Assembly (NCBI GenBank): GCA_045653865.1
Contig: JAZOMJ010000067.1
Location: 1 to 41,397 of the forward strand
From: Eubacteriales bacterium
GTDB taxonomy: Bacteria; Bacillota; Clostridia; Oscillospirales; CAG-272
DNA: 41,397 nt
Direction: 5' to 3'
Positions 34,166-41,397 of the stretch are shown piece after piece (within the stretch, counting starts at the first letter, position 1; the number at the start of each line of letters is the position of its first letter). The position numbers and the translations under genes were made by a program. The notes beneath the pieces were generated by a model, which worked only from the letters and a program-made list of their open reading frames with translations, was not told where the DNA came from and did no database searches.

Positions 34166-34211
34166 AGCCTTCCCCAGCGGGGGAAGGGGGACCGCGATAG
34201 CGGTGGATGAG
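34166..34211 (+). repeat. Solo double-hairpin arm of a third sequence subfamily
   Basis: Sequence gccttccccagcgggggaagggggaccgcgatagcggtggatgagg. Hairpin 1 is CCTTCCCC-agc-GGGGAAGG, hairpin 2 is ACCGC-gata-GCGGT, and the purine tail is GGATGAGG. Confidence 0.6.
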
Positions 34212-34302
34212 GTGTTTGAATAAAAAACTCTTCGTCCTAAAAATAGATTATTCAGTTTAACAAGATCACAAAGGTTCTGACACCAACAGAAAGGAAACAT
34301 AA

Positions 34303-36249
<1,947 letters not shown>

Positions 36250-36292
36250 TTCACACCCCTTGCAAATACACGAGAAAGGGGGATAGCACAAC

Positions 36293-37135
36293 GTGAGAAT
36301 TTTTCAAAATAATTTTTTCATTATTTGCCTTTGCATTGCACTGGTGTTGACCATTGTTCCATCTGTGTTCTCTATTATGGGATATCGCAGTCTTGCCAAA
36401 AACATTGTGGGAACAGTTACCATGCCTGTGCGTTGGGTGGCAACCGTGGTTGCTGACAGTTTTGAGGGCTTTGCTAAATATTTTGGCAATATGAAAGCAC
36501 TCAACGAAGAAAACGAGGCGCTTATCGAGGAAAACGAAGCACTCAAAGAGCAGTTGGCAAATGCCGAACTATTGGAGAGAGAAAACGAGCGTTTGCGTGA
36601 TTATCTTGATATGAAGAACCAGTATCCCTCTTTTTCGATGGAAGAGGGAATGGTCATCAGCCACTCCTCGGGCAACTATATTACAAACTTTACACTCAAC
36701 CGCGGCACATTGCACGGCATTGCGGTCAATATGCCTGTTGTCACCAAAGATGGCATTGTTGGCTACGTGGTTGAGGTGGGACTCAACTGGTGCATGGTCT
36801 CCACGCTGATAGAGACCGCTACTTCGGTAGGCGTGTATATTCCGCGTTCCGAGGTTCAAGGCATTGTTAGCGGCGACTACAGTATGCGCCAAGAGGGCAC
36901 CTGTAAAATCAGTTACATCGATGCCGAGGCGGATATTCAAATTGGCGACGTGGTATATTCCAGCGGTGCCGGCAGTGTCTACCCGGCAGATCTTAAAATT
37001 GGCACCGTCACTGCCATTGAAGTGAACGAATACAACCGCACGCTTGTGGTAACGGTTACCCCGGCTGTAGATTTTTCTCAACTGAAATGGGTAATGATTA
37101 TCACGGGTTACGAAAAAAACAGTGGAATGCAGTAA
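36293..37135 (+). CDS. mreC: Rod shape-determining protein MreC
   Basis: 280 aa, GTG start with AAAGGGGGA upstream. It has an N-terminal TM helix, a coiled coil (ENEALIEENEALKEQLANAELLERENERLRDYL), and beta-barrel motifs (MPVVTKDGIVGYVVEV, GDVVYSSGAGSVYPADLKIGTV). Confidence 0.88.
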   Translation: MRIFQNNFFIICLCIALVLTIVPSVFSIMGYRSLAKNIVGTVTMPVRWVATVVADSFEGFAKYFGNMKALNEENEALIEENEALKEQLANAELLERENERLRDYLDMKNQYPSFSMEEGMVISHSSGNYITNFTLNRGTLHGIAVNMPVVTKDGIVGYVVEVGLNWCMVSTLIETATSVGVYIPRSEVQGIVSGDYSMRQEGTCKISYIDAEADIQIGDVVYSSGAGSVYPADLKIGTVTAIEVNEYNRTLVVTVTPAVDFSQLKWVMIITGYEKNSGMQ

Positions 37136-37145
37136 AAAGTGAAGA

Positions 37146-37709
37146 GTGAAGAGCGGAAGGAGTGAGGATGTGTCACGAAACAGAATGATGGGCTTCGAGT
37201 CCAAGGCACGCTCACGCCTTGTAATGTTTGGTATTTGGCTCGCACTCATTCTTTTACTTGGAGCAATTTTGCAAACAAGCGTGTTTGGAAAATTTACTTA
37301 TATTGGAGCGGTTCCCGACATCATGCTCTGCATTGTGCTCTCTATTTCCTTTTTTAGTGGCAGACACTACGGAGCGATTACCGGAATTGCCGCAGGCGCA
37401 CTCATCGAATCGATGGCTTCTTCGGGCATTGCGTTGCTTCCGTTGTTCTATATGCTTTTTGGTTACTTAACGGGGCATTACGCACGCGCCGTGCAACCAA
37501 AGCGCTTTATGCCGTATCTCTTTTATTTGATGTTTGCATTGTTTTTGCGGGCGGCATTGACTATTCTTTACGCTTGCCTAATCTATCAAAGTATACATCT
37601 TGTGCAATTTTTAATTCACGTGGTCTTGCCCGAAATGCTGGCAACTGCTATTGTAGGCGTTTGCTTGTATTTACCACTCAAGCTTTTTTGCAGAAAAGTG
37701 AAGGCTTGA
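37146..37709 (+). CDS. mreD: Rod shape-determining protein MreD (start uncertain: 37146, 37170 or 37185)
   Basis: Polytopic small membrane protein directly after mreC (VPDIMLCIVLSISFFSG..GAITGIAAGALIES). GGAAGGAG at 37155-62 favours the GTG at 37170. Confidence 0.8.
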   Translation: MKSGRSEDVSRNRMMGFESKARSRLVMFGIWLALILLLGAILQTSVFGKFTYIGAVPDIMLCIVLSISFFSGRHYGAITGIAAGALIESMASSGIALLPLFYMLFGYLTGHYARAVQPKRFMPYLFYLMFALFLRAALTILYACLIYQSIHLVQFLIHVVLPEMLATAIVGVCLYLPLKLFCRKVKA

Positions 37710-37764
37710 AAGCAAACTACAAAAAACTTTACAATTTTCGATTTACGACAAAAACTAACGCAAA

Positions 37765-37891
37765 GGCTCCCTTGTGTAAAGGGAGCTCCCACCGAAGGTG
37801 GGTGAGGGATTGTCTTATTATAAAAATAATGTTAAACAATCCCTCCGTCATTTTCTTACGAAAATGCCACCTCCCTTTACACAAGGGAGGC
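37765..37891 (+). repeat. Composite double-hairpin unit H (type II-like arm 37765-37812, 24-nt spacer, inverted type I arm 37837-37891), subfamily CCCTT/GTGTA/GGGATTG
   Basis: Sequence: ggctcccttgtgtaaagggagctcccaccgaaggtgggtgagggattg, then tcttattataaaaataatgttaaa, then caatccctccgtcattttcttacgaaaatgccacctccctttacacaagggaggc. It lies between mreD and gyrA. Confidence 0.88.
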
Positions 37892-38003
37892 TTTCGAAAG
37901 ACCCTTATGCTTTTTAGCAGAGAAAAACTCGAAAGAAAATTTTTAGCATTTGATAATTTTTAAGATATCTCTTGAAATAAAGACAGGAAAGGGACAAAAA
38001 ATC

Positions 38004-40580
38004 GTGGCTAACGAAAAGGACAAAAACTTAGAAAAAGAACAGGAACTCGCCCTGTTTGAAAATCAAAAAATCGTCGACGTGGGTATGGAAAAGGAAGTGA
38101 AAAAATCCTTTATCGAATACTCTATGTCGGTTATTATGGCGCGTGCGCTTCCCGACGTGCGCGACGGAATGAAGCCGGGTGCTCGCCGTATTCTCTACGC
38201 AATGTACGAGGACGGTTTGGTGCACTCCAAGCCCTTCCGCAAGTCGGCAACCACCGTTGGTAACGTTCTTGGTAGATATCACCCTCACGGTGACTCTGCC
38301 GTTTACGGTACTATGGTACGTATGGCGCAGGATTTCTCTATGCGTTATCCTCTTGTTGAGGGTCACGGAAACTTCGGCTCTGTAGACGGTGACGGCGCGG
38401 CTGCTTACCGTTATACCGAGGCACGCCTTGACAAGATTTCCGACGAAATGATGCGCGATCTTGATAAGAACGTTGTTCCCATGATGCCCAACTTTGATAA
38501 CCGCTTGCAGGAGCCCACGGTTCTGCCGTCCCGTTTTCCCAACCTGCTTGTAAACGGTTCTATGGGTATTGCGGTTGGTATGGCTACCAATATTCCCCCT
38601 CACAATCTCGGTGAGGTAATTGATGCCACCATCTACCGTATGGATAACCCCGAGTGCTCGGTGGATGAATTGATGGAATACATCAAGGGTCCTGATTTCC
38701 CCACCTATGCTACCATTTACGGTGTCAACGGCATTCGTTTGGCATACGAAACCGGCAAGGGTCACATTATGGTCCGCGCTCGCGCGATCATTGAAGAAGA
38801 GCACCGCCGCATCATCTTTACCGAAATTCCCTATGGCGTTAACAAGAGTTTGCTCTGCGAGTCTATTGCAAACTGCGTTAAGGAAAAGAAAATTGAGGGC
38901 ATTACCGAGCTGCGCGACGAATCGGGCAGAGACGGTATGCGCATTGTTGTAGAATACCGCCGCGATGCAAACTCTCAAATTTTGCTCAATCAACTTTATA
39001 AATACACCCAGCTGCAGGATACCTTTGCTATCAATATGCTCGCCCTTGTAAACAACGAGCCCAAGGTTCTCAACCTGCCGCAAATTCTCGACCACTACAT
39101 TGCTCACCAAGAGCAGGTCATCATTCGCCGCACCGAGTTCGACCTTGAAAAAGCCAAGGCAAGAGCCCACATCTATGAGGGCTACAAGATTGCGCTTGAC
39201 AACATCGACGAAATCGTGCATATTATGAAGACCTCTCCCTCTATTCCCGCATCCAAGCTGACCTTGATGGAGCGTTTCGGACTTTCCGAAATTCAAGCAC
39301 AAGCCATTGTTGAAATGACGCTTGGTAAATTGACGGGTATGGAGCGTAGCAAGATTGAAGAAGAACTCGCACGCCTGCACGCACTTATTGAAGAGCTCGA
39401 GGGCATTCTTGCCGACATCGGCAAAATCAAGCAGATCATCAAGGACGAGATGAGCGAAATCCGTCGCAAGTATGCCGACGACCGTCGCACCGACATTATG
39501 GCGGCAGAAAATGAAATCGTTCTCGAGGACCTCATCGAGCGTCACAACTGTGTTATCACGCTCACCAATGCAGGTTACATTAAGCGTCAACCTGCGGCAT
39601 CCTACTCGGCACAGCACCGTGGCGGACGCGGCATCATTGGTATGTCCACCAAGGAAGAGGACTTCATCGAAAAGGTAATCGCGGTTAACAGCCACTCTTA
39701 CCTCTTGATGTTCACCAACACGGGTAAGGTTCAAATGCGCAAGGCGTATATGATTCCCGAGGCAGGACGCACCGCACGCGGACAAAACATTGTCAACATT
39801 CTTGAACTCGAAGCTGGCGAAAAGATTACCTCTTGCATCAGCGTAGACGAGTTTACCGATACCCACTACCTCACTATGGTCACCAGAAACGGTGTTATCA
39901 AGAGAACCAAGCTTTCCGAATACGAGTACCAACGCAAGGGCGGTAAGATTGCGCTCACCCTCGATGAGGGCGACGAGCTTCTCTACGTAGTTCTCACCGA
40001 CGGTACCTGCGAGCTCTTGATTGCAACCGAGCAAGGTCAAGCAATCCGCTTTGCCGAAGAGGGTGCACGTGCTCTTGGACGTACCGCACGCGGTGTTCGC
40101 GGCATCAGCTTGCGCGATGGCGACTTTGTTAAGGGTGTTTGCACGGTTGAAGAGGGCAAGGATCTGCTCTGCATCACCGCCAACGGCTTTGGTAAGCGCA
40201 GCCCGTTCGATGATTTCCGTCTCATGAAGCATCGCGGCGGCTATGGCGTAACCTGCTACAACCTGACCGAAAAGAGTGGTGACCTGACCGGCATTGCCGC
40301 TGTTGACGACAGCATGGATATTATGATGATCACCGATTCGGGAACCATCATCCGCACACCTGTTGCAGGCATTCCTTCCCGTTCCCGTAGCGCGGGCGGC
40401 GTAATCGTAATGCGCCTTGGCGAGGGACAACAGCTTGTCAACTTCACCGTTGTGGCTCGCGAAGAAGAGAGCGACGAAGAAGAAACCGTTGAAGACGTTG
40501 AAACCGAAACCACCACCGCCCCCGAGGCACAAGAAGCTCCCGCGGTTGAGGTAGTGGAAAACGCTGAAGTAAACGAGTAA
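38004..40580 (+). CDS. gyrA: DNA gyrase subunit A
   Basis: 858 aa from the GTG at 38004, with GGAAAGGGA upstream; the alternative is the TTG at 37950. Motifs: HPHGDSAVY, active-site tyrosine in [11 protein letters not shown], beta-pinwheel C-terminal domain, acidic tail. Confidence 0.96.
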
Positions 40581-40638
40581 TTATAAATTGAAGATTACTC
40601 AAAAAAACAAACAAATCCAATAAAATAATCAATCAACC

Positions 40639-40883
40639 TGTCATCCTGAGCTTGTCGAACTTTTTCTGAGCGAATAGCGAGGAAAAAGCAAGGCGCCAAA
40701 GCGCCGCAGGGATCTCGTTTAAAATTTCGGTGTCTTGTGATTCGATGTAACATCCCGTTGGCAAGCCACCAAAACTCGTTACGAGATCCCATCGTCGCGT
40801 TGCTCCTCGGTTTTGCTCCGTTATCCACTCCGCAAAACTTCGACTGCGCAAAACGCAAGCGTTTTTCTCCGCTCAGGATGACA
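40639..40883. repeat. 245-nt rod-like near-palindromic element with 13-bp perfect terminal inverted repeats, abutting the GIY-YIG gene
   Basis: **Nested complementary pairs**
- TGTCATCCTGAGC (40639-51) with GCTCAGGATGACA (40871-83)
- GTCGAA (40654-59) with TTCGAC (40839-44)
- CGAGGA (40678-83) with TCCTCG (40804-09)
- GGGATCTCGT (40709-18) with ACGAGATCCC (40781-90)
- TTTCGGTG (40725-32) with CACCAAAA (40767-74)

The apical hairpin is GATG-taa-CATC. There are side hairpins at 40692-40705 and 40850-40865. Confidence 0.75.
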
Positions 40884-40912
40884 TGTTAAAATATGATTTG
40901 GTTTCATCTAAA

Positions 40913-41185
40913 ATGTATTTTGTTTATATTCTTACAAACAAAACCAATCGGGTTTTGTATATTGGTGTTACAAATGATCTTTCAAGAAGAATGTTTGAAC
41001 ACAAAAACGAGCAAATAGAGGGGTTCACAAAAAGATATCATCTTCACAAACTCGTCTTTTTTGAAGAGTTTTCCAACATCAATGATGCTATTTCTTGCGA
41101 AAAGCGATTAAAACACTGGACACGTGCAAAGAAAAACGCGCTGATAGAAACCAAAAATACAAATTGGAAAGATTTGAGTAAATAA
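40913..41185 (+). CDS. Small GIY-YIG nuclease-superfamily protein (COG2827/UPF0213-like)
   Basis: 90 aa: MYFVYILTNKTNRVLYIGVTNDLSRRMFEHKN...GFTKRYHLHKLVFFEEF...AISCEKRLKHW, with GIY...YIG...R...E spacing. The alternative ATG at 40883 lies inside the right terminal repeat and has AGGA 5 nt upstream. Confidence 0.85.
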   Translation: MYFVYILTNKTNRVLYIGVTNDLSRRMFEHKNEQIEGFTKRYHLHKLVFFEEFSNINDAISCEKRLKHWTRAKKNALIETKNTNWKDLSK

Positions 41186-41397
41186 TGGAAGAAACAAAAA
41201 AATCCAAAAAAGAAGAAATTATTGAATTTTTCAAAAAGCATTACAAAAAAATGATAGCCGGTGTGTTGGCGTTGGTGATATTGGCGGTGGGCGGTGTGCT
41301 CTTGTTCCAATATGCGGCGGCTCCCGAAATCGAGGATATTTACGATAGAATGGTCTATCTCATTGAAACCTCGCAAGATATCAACGCGCTCATCTAC
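41185..41397 (+). CDS. 5' part of a membrane-anchored protein, truncated by the window edge
   Basis: ATG overlaps the GIY-YIG stop (TAATG). MEETKKSKKEEIIEFFKKHYKK is followed by a TM helix (MIAGVLALVILAVGGVLLF). The frame is open to the window end. Confidence 0.5.
   Translation, partial: MEETKKSKKEEIIEFFKKHYKKMIAGVLALVILAVGGVLLFQYAAAPEIEDIYDRMVYLIETSQDINALIY

Noticed and set aside
38028-40532. 834-aa ORF antisense to gyrA
   Set aside because: Shadow ORF opposite gyrA. It has no recognisable domain, no SD, and low-complexity G/V/A/N-rich composition.
40595-40858. 87-aa and 72-aa minus-strand ORFs inside the 245-nt palindromic element
   Set aside because: They have no SD and overlap each other, lie inside a near-palindrome (so ORFs arise in both orientations), and contain the repeat-derived string AQDD.

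Overview
This window is the origin-of-replication region of a Firmicutes/Clostridia-type chromosome, roughly 45-50% GC by eye. No rRNA, tRNA or CRISPR array was seen.

**Gene content, left to right**
- 0.4-11.9 kb, minus strand: glycogen operon glgB-glgC-glgD-glgA-glgP plus a GH13 amylase-family gene.
- A small lipoprotein gene.
- 13.0-23.9 kb, plus strand: alr, a secreted anchored protein, an AraC regulator, ahcY, mnmG, rsmG, four tandem parS, parA(soj), parB(spo0J), serS and a membrane protein.
- 23.9-28.6 kb, minus strand: an AT-richer insert (XRE regulator, NERD nuclease-domain protein, unknown 309-aa protein) and copA.
- From 28.8 kb: dnaA, oriC (DnaA-box cluster plus AT-rich unwinding region), dnaN, recF, a small membrane protein, remB (DUF370), gyrB, mreC, mreD, gyrA, a small GIY-YIG gene and a truncated ORF.

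**Most unusual content (non-coding)**
1. A family of about 50-nt double-hairpin repeats, at least 16 arms at 8 loci. They are organised into oriented about 135-nt composite units and into tail-out pairs. Stem changes are compensatory. They sit between cistrons of the glg operon and between the origin-proximal housekeeping genes.
2. A BIME-like cluster of GTAGGGG-headed palindromes in the 625-nt glgA-glgP spacer.
3. A 245-nt rod-like near-palindrome abutting the GIY-YIG gene.

**Other points worth a second look**
- The XRE/NERD/unknown module.
- The 4x parS array.
- mreCD wedged between gyrB and gyrA.
- A CopA with an in-frame C-terminal CopZ-like module preceded by its own SD+ATG.
- An 11-kb housekeeping block that is head-on to replication.
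- A recurring 17-nt motif that also brackets a loop insertion inside mnmG.

All calls come from reading the sequence and ORF translations. No database search was run.
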